This document shows, piece by piece, positions 19,553 to 28,526 of a DNA stretch of 64,000 bases. This DNA is from an uncultured Nitrospiraceae bacterium. Its GTDB lineage: Bacteria > Nitrospirota > Thermodesulfovibrionia > Thermodesulfovibrionales > SM23-35. Position 1 is the stretch's first letter. Each line of letters begins with the position of its first letter. Made by a program: the position numbers and the translations under genes. The notes beneath the pieces were generated by a model. That model was given only the letters and a program-made list of their open reading frames with translations, did no database searches and had not been told where the DNA came from. The DNA is taken from NCBI GenBank assembly GCA_963727775.1, contig CAVSHB010000003.1, positions 96,001 through 160,000 of the forward strand, read 5' to 3'.

Positions 19553-19742
19553 ACTATTGGAGCAGTTGGCAGCTGCGTATACACCTACCGGGATGTTATC
19601 CTGAAACTATTTAATTCCATTTCAACTCTGCATAATTATATCAAGTTTTGATTATGTTGATTTCAAGGAAGTACATCACACACCCTAACGGGGTCAATTT
19701 GGGGTGAGAATAAGGGTCAATTTTCAATGAGAATTAACAGCT

Positions 19743-20876
19743 TCACTTTAGCCCCGTCAGGAATTCAGAGCAGGGCTCTATTGAAATGCCCTCCCTCACC
19801 AGCCTCTCCTTGCCTCGATATACAATGAACCTTTTCGCCTGAGGGTAATCCTCGCCAAAGGTCTTCAGCGCGCGGAGATCCTGAGGATGTATGGTAGCTG
19901 CATTCTTCACTTCTATCGCCCAAAACACATTTTTCCCATATAAGACAAAATCGACTTCGGAGCCAGCTACCGTCCGCCAATAACTCAGCTCGCATCCGGG
20001 GTTGCGATAGTCGATCCAAGCCCTGAGATGCTGAGCGACAAGTCCCTCAAGCGCCGCTCCCGATTTCTCCTCCGGGCGGTCAAGGGGGCCTGATGGCCTC
20101 AGGGCGCTGTAAATTCCGGCATCGAAGAAATAGAACTTTGGGTGGGAGGCGACGGCTCGTTTTGCTCTTTTAGTAAACACCGGTATCCTGTAGGCTAGGA
20201 GCAAGTCCTCAAGGATGCCGACATAGCCTTCAACTACCTTTCGTTCCACCTTACATTCTCGGGCAACATTGCTAATATTGAGCATAGCCCCATGGGAAAA
20301 GCTTACTACTTCGAGAAACCGAGAGAAGTTACCTATATTTCTCGTTAGCCCCTCCATCAGCACTTCTTCCCTGAGATAGAGATCCACGTAGGCCTGAAGT
20401 GCTGACACTGGATCATCGCTGCTCATAATTACGGGTATCAAGCCAACTTCCAGTGCTTTAACGAGTGAGTATTTCTTGCCGAGCTCTGCCGCCATAAAGG
20501 GATGCATTCGCTTCATGAGCGCCCTCCCGGCAAGGAGATTTACCCCTGCCTTCCTCAGTTTCCTTGCGCTTGATCCCGTGAGGATAAACTGCAGACCCAT
20601 TTTTTCTTCAATCAGGCTGTGCACTACTTCGAGGAGCTGCGGAGCCTTCTGTATCTCGTCAATAACAACAACCTTCTTGTCCCTCTGCGCATGCACAGCT
20701 TCGCGTAACCTCTCAGGCCAGGCCGTATAATTCCTGAAGACATCAGGCAGCAAAAGGTCCAAATACAAGGCATCAGGAAACGCGCGCCGCATGAACGTCG
20801 ATTTGCCGGTGCCCCTCGGACCGAGCAGAAAAAAGCTCTGTTTTGGTGCTTCAATAAATCTACTTATCAATTCCAT
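19743..20876 (-). CDS. AAA+ ATPase with DUF4143 / C-terminal PD-(D/E)XK-like domain
   Basis: GPRGTGKST, VIDEIQK, LTGSSAR, LAGRA, PKFYFFDAG, YWRT..GSEVDFV, AIEVK. Confidence 0.9.
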   Translation of the reverse strand: MELISRFIEAPKQSFFLLGPRGTGKSTFMRRAFPDALYLDLLLPDVFRNYTAWPERLREAVHAQRDKKVVVIDEIQKAPQLLEVVHSLIEEKMGLQFILTGSSARKLRKAGVNLLAGRALMKRMHPFMAAELGKKYSLVKALEVGLIPVIMSSDDPVSALQAYVDLYLREEVLMEGLTRNIGNFSRFLEVVSFSHGAMLNISNVARECKVERKVVEGYVGILEDLLLAYRIPVFTKRAKRAVASHPKFYFFDAGIYSALRPSGPLDRPEEKSGAALEGLVAQHLRAWIDYRNPGCELSYWRTVAGSEVDFVLYGKNVFWAIEVKNAATIHPQDLRALKTFGEDYPQAKRFIVYRGKERLVREGISIEPCSEFLTGLK

Positions 20877-21094
20877 ATTAAGTCCATTTTTGGAATTATC
20901 ATATCCAAATATTACACTAACCGTTACGAGGGAGTCAAGAGATAATTGATAACATGCCGCATTCTTACTGTCGCAGAATTGTCGCAGATTTTAGCTCTTT
21001 AGACAGAAAATACAGAACAATACTTTCTTTTTTGAAATCAATAACTTATGCCCAAATCGTTGCCAGTGGCCCTTCTGTTAAAATTGCCAGCTTT

Positions 21095-21141
21095 GCCCTT
21101 TCAAGGCGGTAACACGGGTTCAAATCCCGTTGGGGACGCCA
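21095..21141 (+). other. tRNA-Glu(TTC) 3' portion; att junction
   Basis: GCCCTTTCAAGGCGGTAACACGGGTTCAAATCCCGTTGGGGACGCCA runs from the anticodon arm to CCA; the 5' acceptor and D arm are absent. Confidence 0.8.
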
Positions 21142-21154
21142 TTTAATCAAGGAG

Positions 21155-22216
21155 TTACGCATTAATGCATTTCTCTTGATTGTCGGATTGTAGCAAAATT
21201 GTAGCAGTCCCCTTTTGGTCAATCCTTTTAAAAGCCTCTCTTAACGTTCCAAGCAACAAATGTGCGTATCTCTGTGACATCCTCTGATCCTTTTGCACAA
21301 GGCCACGCTGCACTTCATAAAGTGATGCCCCATTATTTATCAGAAGAGTTGCAAAGTCGTGTCTGAGATCATGAAATCTCAAGTCATTGATCCCTGCCCG
21401 TTCACATGACCTTCTAAATGCCATTGAAACTTTCTTGCCTGAATGAGGCTTGCCAAATTCATCACAAAAAACATACACGCTTGCTATTTTTCTATCCTGC
21501 AATACTTTCAGAAGGGTATTTCTAACAGTGTTGGTCATAGGAATAACCGCCGGATCACCGTTTTTAGTCTTAGGCACGATAATTAGATTCCTGTTGAAAT
21601 CTAACTGAGGGAAAGTCAATTGAACAATATTTCCCTGTCTAAGACCTGTCTGAGCAGCAACAATCACAAGCGGCTTAAGCCATGCAGGTAAACTGAACCT
21701 GAGCTTTTCTGCTTCTTCAGGAGCTACATAACGAATCCTTGCATCATCGACCTTAAGCGATCTCAGCACCTTTTTCACCGGATTCTCTTTGCACATCTCC
21801 CATTCATCAATTGCGATATTGAAAACCCTTCTTAAAAAAACAAGCTCCTTCCTCACTGTTGAAGGTAATACTTTTTGCAATCTCTCAGCCTTATATTGAC
21901 TGAGAACCGACGGAGTAACATCCTTAATGAGAGAGTCACCAAATAGAGATTTGAAGTGAGCCACAACCTGCTTATTTCTTTCATGACTCGTCGGACTGAG
22001 CAATGGCGAGAACTCTTTCATATACCTTTCTAAAACTTCATTAAGGGTGATGTTCTTAGGTTTATCAAAATATCTGCCTTCAATAATGTCGGTCAGAACC
22101 TTTGCCTGTAGCCTTTCAGCAAGCTTTCTATTATCAGTTTCAAGAGAGTCTTGAATCCTCTTCCCCTGATACGATATTCTGAACCAGAATATTTTACCTC
22201 TTCGGTAAAGCCCCAT
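21155..22216 (-). CDS. Phage-type tyrosine integrase
   Basis: MGLYRRGKIFW arm-binding domain, TGLR, KTKNG, RFHDLRH, QRYAH. Confidence 0.95.
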   Translation of the reverse strand: MGLYRRGKIFWFRISYQGKRIQDSLETDNRKLAERLQAKVLTDIIEGRYFDKPKNITLNEVLERYMKEFSPLLSPTSHERNKQVVAHFKSLFGDSLIKDVTPSVLSQYKAERLQKVLPSTVRKELVFLRRVFNIAIDEWEMCKENPVKKVLRSLKVDDARIRYVAPEEAEKLRFSLPAWLKPLVIVAAQTGLRQGNIVQLTFPQLDFNRNLIIVPKTKNGDPAVIPMTNTVRNTLLKVLQDRKIASVYVFCDEFGKPHSGKKVSMAFRRSCERAGINDLRFHDLRHDFATLLINNGASLYEVQRGLVQKDQRMSQRYAHLLLGTLREAFKRIDQKGTATILLQSDNQEKCINA

Positions 22217-22444
22217 TTAATCTCTACCCCCTTTCCTGGGACTTCTGGCCTGGGTAAGAGGATTATAACTTGAAATTGGTTCCTTTTTACAGGACTTAAT
22301 CCATTCAGTAATATCTTCAATGTCGAACCTAAGACAGCCATTGACTTTGAAGCATGGTATTTGACCCAACTCTGCCCACTGATAAAGCGTAGGACGCTTT
22401 ACATTGAGAATTTCTGATACTTCTTTAACCCCTATCAGCCTCAA
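22217..22444 (-). CDS. Excisionase-like HTH DNA-binding protein
   Basis: IGVKEVSEILNVKRPTLYQWAELGQIPCFKVNGCLRF; abuts the integrase; probable TTG start at 22444 after GAGG. Confidence 0.85.
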   Translation of the reverse strand: MRLIGVKEVSEILNVKRPTLYQWAELGQIPCFKVNGCLRFDIEDITEWIKSCKKEPISSYNPLTQARSPRKGGRD

Positions 22445-22563
22445 AGCATACCTCTTGAAAAGAATATTCCGGAATTTACCCAAAAGCGGTAATATCCGGC
22501 TTTGCCAAATGCGCTATAATCGATTTTCTCATTACGACTCATATCTATCCCTTGCCGGATTTA

Positions 22564-23076
22564 TTATTTCTTTCTTGTTTTCCCCGTTGTTTCCTTGCTA
22601 ACATTTGATATCTTTTCCGTCCTAGCAACTTCAATCAGCCTTCCCCTTCCACCCGATATATACCTTTTACCTGTTTTGTTTTCAATCAGGTATCTTCTAT
22701 TAGAAAGGCTATATAGTCCTCCCTTGAGCAGCGGTATAAACTCAACAGGTATTTTCTGTTGTTGCGCTTCATATTCCTCTTGCCAATCATGAAGCATAAG
22801 CCCATACTTTTCATTCCCATCATAAGGAATATCTTTTCCTATGCCGATAATTTCCTTACTTTCCACGATCGACTTTATAATGAAGGACATAGGAACGCTA
22901 TATTCTTCCGGTTTCGTAAGCAATCTATCCATATTTTCGAGAATGACTGACAGTTCCTTTAAACAATTATTTACAAACATCGAGACACTTACATCCACCC
23001 CAGAGGCTTTAAACAGCCTAACCAGCGAGTCGTAAGCTTCCCCGTCTACCGTGAAAGATTTTAATTTTTTGACCAT
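22564..23076 (-). CDS. Hypothetical protein, possible ribbon-helix-helix N-terminus
   Basis: RBS AGGAGG; KSFTVDGEAYDSL...VSVSMFVNNCL pattern. Confidence 0.55.
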   Translation of the reverse strand: MVKKLKSFTVDGEAYDSLVRLFKASGVDVSVSMFVNNCLKELSVILENMDRLLTKPEEYSVPMSFIIKSIVESKEIIGIGKDIPYDGNEKYGLMLHDWQEEYEAQQQKIPVEFIPLLKGGLYSLSNRRYLIENKTGKRYISGGRGRLIEVARTEKISNVSKETTGKTRKK

Positions 23077-23176
23077 TCTAACACCTCCTATTAATAGGTT
23101 ATGTTTAAACTATATATGAACTAAATAGGAATGTCAAGCTTTTTTTATGAATTGACTAAAGGGGGTTAATTTCGAG

Positions 23177-23292
23177 GACTACACCTACAACAAGTGAAAA
23201 ACGGATGATAAAAAGAATTAACGATTATTAAAAGAAACAATGCTTAAGATCATCAGGAGCGGCTGGCAAGCTGTGATCCTGTGGGAACGTTT
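23177..23292 (+). pseudogene. Degraded Vsr-like endonuclease C-terminal remnant
   Basis: Translates in part to MLKIIRSGWQAVILWER, resembling the Vsr GWRVLVIWEC motif; no intact ORF. Confidence 0.35.
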
Positions 23293-23294
23293 TC

Positions 23295-24089
23295 TTATTT
23301 ACTTTTTACTATTATTTTACTTTTCAGTTTTATTTTAATTTTTAGTTCATCATCAAAGAATGAAAATCTCCACTTCAAATGTGAACAAAGACCATCAATA
23401 TCTGGGAAAACTGTAGAGCTATTAACGCCAAGTATATTTAGTCTATGACGTATGGACGAAAAGCAATGGGCTGGAACTCGGACTTTTATCAGTTTGTGTG
23501 CAAACTCTTTATGATATTCAAATGTTACGACGCGTCCACCCAGATTTATTTTATGGACGGTAAAAGCACCTGATTGTGCGGATATACGACGACTAATGAT
23601 TTTAGGACGAAATATTTTTGTTATCTTGTTAGATAAAGGGCCATATATTTCCGTATCTGTTCTAAAGTCCTCCACCTCTGGAGTAAGTATCCAAACAATG
23701 CCGTTTTCTTTTTTTCCATTTTTATCTTCATACGGAGTATCTTTTACAGTAAACCAGAGTCCGACTAACGCACTATATGTCCAGTCTAAAAGTCTTGTTG
23801 GAAGCCCGTGATGTTGCGCAAGTGCCAACAAATCCCAATCATCTTCTGGCTTAAATTCGGATAAAGGCAAACTTGTTCTCCGAAATTCGTCAATTATCAG
23901 TTTTTCTATATTCTCGATTTTACCGCGGAGCTTTAAACGCGAAAGTTTTGGTACTAAAGGCTGATCTCTTCGCTGACCACGAAATAAGAAATCAGTATGA
24001 TTGCCTCTTTTTTCAGATGCTTGTTTTTCTTTATCAACGAGAGAAACATACTCCTGAATATTATTGATTTCAGCCTCTCGATATGGCAT
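23295..24089 (-). CDS. FRG-domain protein
   Basis: FLFRGQ, LALAQHHGLPTRLLDWT, RISAQSGAF, FPDIDG. Confidence 0.93.
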   Translation of the reverse strand: MPYREAEINNIQEYVSLVDKEKQASEKRGNHTDFLFRGQRRDQPLVPKLSRLKLRGKIENIEKLIIDEFRRTSLPLSEFKPEDDWDLLALAQHHGLPTRLLDWTYSALVGLWFTVKDTPYEDKNGKKENGIVWILTPEVEDFRTDTEIYGPLSNKITKIFRPKIISRRISAQSGAFTVHKINLGGRVVTFEYHKEFAHKLIKVRVPAHCFSSIRHRLNILGVNSSTVFPDIDGLCSHLKWRFSFFDDELKIKIKLKSKIIVKSK

Positions 24090-24370
24090 TAATTACCCCT
24101 ATTATCAGTAATGTTTGTCTGGATCTTTGAACATAGATAAATTTATTTCCACTTGTAATTTGTACAATTGTATCATGCGACAAAGTTTTTTGTAACAGGA
24201 AGACATTATTTCTTTTCTGCCCTGTCTGGAACACCTGCAACCTTTCGCTCCGAAGGAAACACCCCTTTTTTCTCGGAGTCACCAACAAGCTGAGAGTTTT
24301 AGCGTAGTGAAACTATTGCGGATTTCCGAAATAAATATGCTTAACGAGACAAATACCCCGCCAGCACTTT

Positions 24371-25000
24371 TTAAAACAGACCTTTCATCCCATGCCGGTT
24401 GCTCATTAACTTATAAATATTAACGTATCGTTTGAATCCCTTGAGCTTAACCGGCCAAGGGCCTATAATTTCATTTACTTCTATGATTTCATTACTTATC
24501 CCTTTGTAAGCGGTTTTGATGCGTTTGACGAGTGCACTGTTCATAACAAGTTCTTTGCTATTAGCAAGTAAGGCCAGTCTTGCAGTTAAATCTATGTCTT
24601 TGCCATAAATGTCAGGGACATTCTTCATGAAACTCATATCATACGCATTTTTGCAGTACGCAGCGCTAATCTTAACGCGTCGCAAATATGGTTCGTCACT
24701 ATCAAGGATTTGGCATAAACTACTGAACAGGGTGAGCGGAGTTTCGCCTTTCATTTTGCTTTCAGGGATAAAAAACAAAAGACCATCTCCATAAACCTTA
24801 AGAGGCTTAAATTTGAGAAACAAACAACTTTGAATGTTTGTAAATGTATTGCATATGAGTGATATCCAAGTTGATAAGTTTCTATCTTTGATCTCCGTTG
24901 AGCCTACGATGTCGATGAAAATACAATAACCGGAGGTCGGTCGCAAATTCTTAATTACCGCATTAAAGTCTGGATTCTCTGGATCAATATAAATAGACAT
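24371..25000 (-). CDS. Stand-alone class III (adenylate/guanylate-type) nucleotidyl cyclase
   Basis: FIDIVGST, KVYGDG, DIYGKDIDLTARL, LKGF; no TM or sensor domain. Confidence 0.8.
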   Translation of the reverse strand: MSIYIDPENPDFNAVIKNLRPTSGYCIFIDIVGSTEIKDRNLSTWISLICNTFTNIQSCLFLKFKPLKVYGDGLLFFIPESKMKGETPLTLFSSLCQILDSDEPYLRRVKISAAYCKNAYDMSFMKNVPDIYGKDIDLTARLALLANSKELVMNSALVKRIKTAYKGISNEIIEVNEIIGPWPVKLKGFKRYVNIYKLMSNRHGMKGLF

Positions 25001-25264
25001 GACACGCTCCTTTCAAAAACTATAGCAAAAGAACGCAGCCAAAGGAAGATGAAGATGCGGTATTGATTTTCAAGAATAATCTACAGGCTCGATCTTGCTC
25101 GGAAATGTGTGTTGTACAGGAAGTAGTTAACAATCCACTTTTTTATCTTGCTCAGTAGTAAATTTAAAAGAAAGAAATGTTACGTTGCTACAAAAAAAGG
25201 AATACTAAGATATTAGTCAATCTCATAAAACGCCCAAAATCGTATTTAGCGAAGCCGTTTTTTC

Positions 25265-26605
25265 GACAGTGTAAACTTGACTGTGTGAAATTCAAACGAG
25301 GGGAAAAATAAGGGCGCACCTCCTATAAAATATTTTGTTAGACCAATAACAAAAATCAAAAGGAGGAGCACCCATGGAAATTAAGATTAGCGTACCAGAA
25401 GTCGTAAATTTAATCAAAGAATTGCAGGAGAATCCGTCGAGGATATTTGAGATGGCCACGCTGAATGTGCAAAAGGACGTAGGCAACTATTTGACGAACC
25501 TGATGAAGGCAGAACTGACGCATGTTTTAGGGCGTGGAAGATATGAGCGTGGCAAGGGGGAGGCCAACCATCGCAACGGGAGCTATCCCCGGGACTTCTG
25601 TATTAAGGGGATTGGAGAAGTAGCAGTAAAGGTACCTAGAGATCGGAAGGGCGAATATCAGACACAGGTATTGCCTCGTGGGAAGCGATATGAAACCAGG
25701 ATCGCGGAGGATCTGTCGATGATGTATCTGACGGGGATAAGCACGCGGACGCTCTCGATGTTAAGCAAGAGACTTATAGGGCGTGAGATATCTCATGAAG
25801 AAGTGAGCAAGGCGAGCAAGGAATTGACGGCAGGGGTAGAGAATTGGCGCAACCGTGATTTATCCCAGGAGCCAATAAAATACATCTTTGTAGACGGCGT
25901 GATCTTCAAGATGAGATTGAAGTATAGTGTGGAGAATGTCCCCGTACTTGCAGCAATAGGGGTAACAGGGGATGGAACGAAATTAGTGCTCGGTCTGCAG
26001 AGCGGCGACAAGGAATCGGCTACGAACTGGAGGGAGTTTTTTAAGGATCTAAAAAGCAGAGGGCTCGACGGGTCATCGGTGAGGCTGGGAATCATGGATG
26101 GGCTTTCTGGGCTGGAGAAAGTATTTGAAGAAGAGTTTCCCAATGCAAAAGTGCAGAGGTGCCAGGTGCATGTGGCCCGTAATGTACTGGCGAAGGTACC
26201 TCATAAATTGAAAAAGGAAGTAGCAGATGATCTGAGGTCTATATTCTATGCCTCTTCAAAAGGAAAGGCAGATGAATTCTACAGGAGCTTTTACACGAAG
26301 TGGAGCAAAGAACTCCCCTCAGCCGTGAAATCATTAGGCCAGTCAATAGACGCCTGTTTGACATTCTTCAAGTTCCCGGAAGAAGAATGGATATCATTAC
26401 GGACGTCGAACATTATTGAGCGCCTGAACAAGGAATTCAAGAGAAGAACGAAGACTATGGAGATAGTAGCCGGAGAGGATGCCTGTTATAGGCTTCTTGC
26501 TTTTATATCGTTAAAGATGGAGTTGAGTTGGAGATCAAATCCAATAGGAAAGGTGCGACCCAATTTGCCCCTTTATCAAATTTACACAAAATAGTTGACA
26601 CTACC
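25265..26605 (+). mobile_element. IS256 family element
   Basis: Imperfect terminal IRs GACAGTGTAAAC..TGTGTGAAATT / AATTTACACA..GTTGACACTACC, flanked by TTTTTTC on both sides. Confidence 0.9.
25374..26594 (+). CDS. IS256 family transposase
   Basis: RNGSY, VPRDR, YIFVDG, IMDG, QRCQVH, RTSNIIERLNKEFKRR. Confidence 0.96.
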   Translation: MEIKISVPEVVNLIKELQENPSRIFEMATLNVQKDVGNYLTNLMKAELTHVLGRGRYERGKGEANHRNGSYPRDFCIKGIGEVAVKVPRDRKGEYQTQVLPRGKRYETRIAEDLSMMYLTGISTRTLSMLSKRLIGREISHEEVSKASKELTAGVENWRNRDLSQEPIKYIFVDGVIFKMRLKYSVENVPVLAAIGVTGDGTKLVLGLQSGDKESATNWREFFKDLKSRGLDGSSVRLGIMDGLSGLEKVFEEEFPNAKVQRCQVHVARNVLAKVPHKLKKEVADDLRSIFYASSKGKADEFYRSFYTKWSKELPSAVKSLGQSIDACLTFFKFPEEEWISLRTSNIIERLNKEFKRRTKTMEIVAGEDACYRLLAFISLKMELSWRSNPIGKVRPNLPLYQIYTK

Positions 26606-27300
26606 TTTTTTCTCTACCCTCTATTGTTACCCTCATTCGGGCGCACCTATACCGTATAAAGCTGTAGGTGCGCCCGTAGCATTTCGCTTACAGACGCTTG
26701 AGATTCTCTTGAATAGCCTTAGAATCTACAAGACCAGTGTTTCCCCACATCTCCACATTCGCATCATTACCAATATTTCGCAAGGTATCCACCAGCACCC
26801 ACAGTCGGCTCATAAGGTCGTATTTCATACCTTCCAGCCCTTTTTTGCAACCACCCATCATAATGCACACTATCATGAACGGTGAGGAGCCGAGCCGAGC
26901 CGGACGCATCCGCTCCTGCTCGGCTCCTCACCTCATTGTCAATGCCCACACTACATTTCCACTGTAGCAAATTTGTAGCAGAAGGCATCTCAATTTTACA
27001 TAATATATCTAACATACAGTAAAAACCATAATACTCAATTAGTCGCTATAATCAACAAGTTAAGCTGAATCCCAAGCCAGAAGCCCATCTTAAAATTTGC
27101 CTTAAATTAAACTTTCAAGGCGGTAACTACTCACTATGGCGGACATGTGACCAGACTGTGACCAATTTGTGACAGAATATGAACAAAAAATGGAATATTT
27201 GGGAAATATGAAATTTATAGAAGAATGAAAATTGCATTTAAAATCAAAGAGATTGTCCAAACCAAAGACAGAGGCCGTTTTGTTAATTAATTGTTTTATA

Positions 27301-27343
27301 GGATTTGAAGTCCGGGAGGGACACCAGAACCCTATGCACTCCC
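27301..27343 (-). pseudogene. selC: tRNA-Sec (selC) 5' half, truncated after the anticodon loop; right island boundary
   Basis: Minus strand GGGAGTGCATAGGGTTCTGGTGTCCCTCCCGGACTTCAAATCC: long D-stem with TGGT loop and the GGACTTCAAATCC (UCA anticodon) signature, then AT-rich non-tRNA sequence. Confidence 0.75.
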
Positions 27344-27351
27344 AATAGGCT

Positions 27352-27381
27352 ATTTTACTTGTTTGGCTGATATTTAGGCAA
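27352..27381 (-). promoter_or_regulatory. sigma70-like promoter of the selC half-gene
   Basis: TTGCCT-18-TAAAAT, 8 nt upstream of the tRNA 5' end. Confidence 0.5.
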
Positions 27382-27485
27382 CTATCGCTATCTTATTTTC
27401 TACGATTCAATTCTATCAGGGGGCTGAAAGATATGGGAGGCAAACAACCGGGGCGCCGGACGGGGCAACAGACTTTATACTTATA

Positions 27486-28514
27486 TCATGTATCCTGAAT
27501 CGTGTCTTTTAGATCTGTATCCTGTACCATATTTTCTTTCTCAACGGGTTCAGCGGGTGGAGCGGATTCGGCAACAGGGGTTTCGATTACGGGTTCTGCA
27601 GGGTTACTCTGAATTTCCGTGGAATAGTAATAGGTGAGTATAGAGGCCAGTATCATCAATCCGAGATAAGTCTCGAAGGCATAAGAGATAAGCTGGTAAG
27701 GGAAAGAAAGGATAGTGCCTATTATCGGTATTAATGTAAACGGATAGCTCAGAAGAATCAGTAGGAAGCTGGCTATCAGGTATCCTACAAAAAGGACGGT
27801 ATTAAGCCAGAAGGCATTCGGATGCCTCATTAAATAATGCATGGCTTCCTTAATGGATTTCAGAGACCCCGTATCTTTGAAGAACAAAGAAGCAATACCG
27901 TACAAAGTTATGGAGAGTATCCAAAGTATTAAAGCGATCGCAATTATAATGACGATCAAAGAGAAAAACGTGCCGAAGAAGAGTGCAAGGGTAGAATCCT
28001 GGCTCTGGGCAAATGACACCACAGTCGCAATCCCGCCCCCTAAAATCCCGAGGAAAAAGGCGGCGATGATAGTAATTACGCCTATGACAGATGTGAATGC
28101 GAGCAGACGGAGAAAAAGTTTTCTTGCCTGATCAAAGAACACGCGGAGGCTGAATCTCATGGACCTGTCTTTGAGTAATTTCCCGATCACGCCTATTGAA
28201 CCGCCGAATACATAAATACCGAGCAATGCAACAATGGTGATGTATATGAGAAAGCTTGAAAGAACGATAAGGAAAAGGCCGAGGTATTTCGATATAATGT
28301 CGGAAGGTCCTTTCAGTATTCTGAAAACATCCCGTATATCCGTGAGACCCGTCAGGTCAATGCCGAATATGATGAACGCGATTGCCAGAGGTATGCCTAC
28401 GATGATGAAAAACCCTATGCTGCTTACGAAGACCATGCCGAGCTGTATCAGCACGAGCTGCCATGTCCTGTTGACTAACCTGACCCCGTCCTTTACAGCT
28501 TCAATAAACGTCAT
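27486..28514 (-). CDS. Polytopic membrane protein of unknown function
   Basis: Multiple hydrophobic helices and a Pro/Glu-rich tail; downstream of the helicase in the same orientation. Confidence 0.75.
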   Translation of the reverse strand: MTFIEAVKDGVRLVNRTWQLVLIQLGMVFVSSIGFFIIVGIPLAIAFIIFGIDLTGLTDIRDVFRILKGPSDIISKYLGLFLIVLSSFLIYITIVALLGIYVFGGSIGVIGKLLKDRSMRFSLRVFFDQARKLFLRLLAFTSVIGVITIIAAFFLGILGGGIATVVSFAQSQDSTLALFFGTFFSLIVIIIAIALILWILSITLYGIASLFFKDTGSLKSIKEAMHYLMRHPNAFWLNTVLFVGYLIASFLLILLSYPFTLIPIIGTILSFPYQLISYAFETYLGLMILASILTYYYSTEIQSNPAEPVIETPVAESAPPAEPVEKENMVQDTDLKDTIQDT

Positions 28515-28526
28515 TTCAGTCCTTTA

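Larger units (their letters stand above)
16291..19739. mobile_element. Putative non-autonomous cargo element with IS21-like ends
   Basis: Left TGTTAATTACCGCTTCAAATGTGAACCT; right (reverse complement) TGTTAATTCTCATTGAAAATTGACCCTTATTCTCACCCCAAATTGACCCC with an internally repeated binding motif. No transposase inside and no perfect target-site duplication. Confidence 0.45.
21098..27127. mobile_element. Tyrosine-integrase element (about 6 kb) bounded by a 16-bp direct repeat
   Basis: CTTTCAAGGCGGTAAC at 21098 and 27112; int and xis next to the left att; paired arm-type repeats TGTAGCA-N4-TGTAGCA at 21189 and 26963; IHF-like WATCAAN4TTA near both cores. Confidence 0.85.

Noticed and set aside
21095..21141. 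Intact tRNA-Glu gene
   Set aside because: No 5' acceptor strand (GTCCCC...) or D-arm upstream; only the 3' part is present
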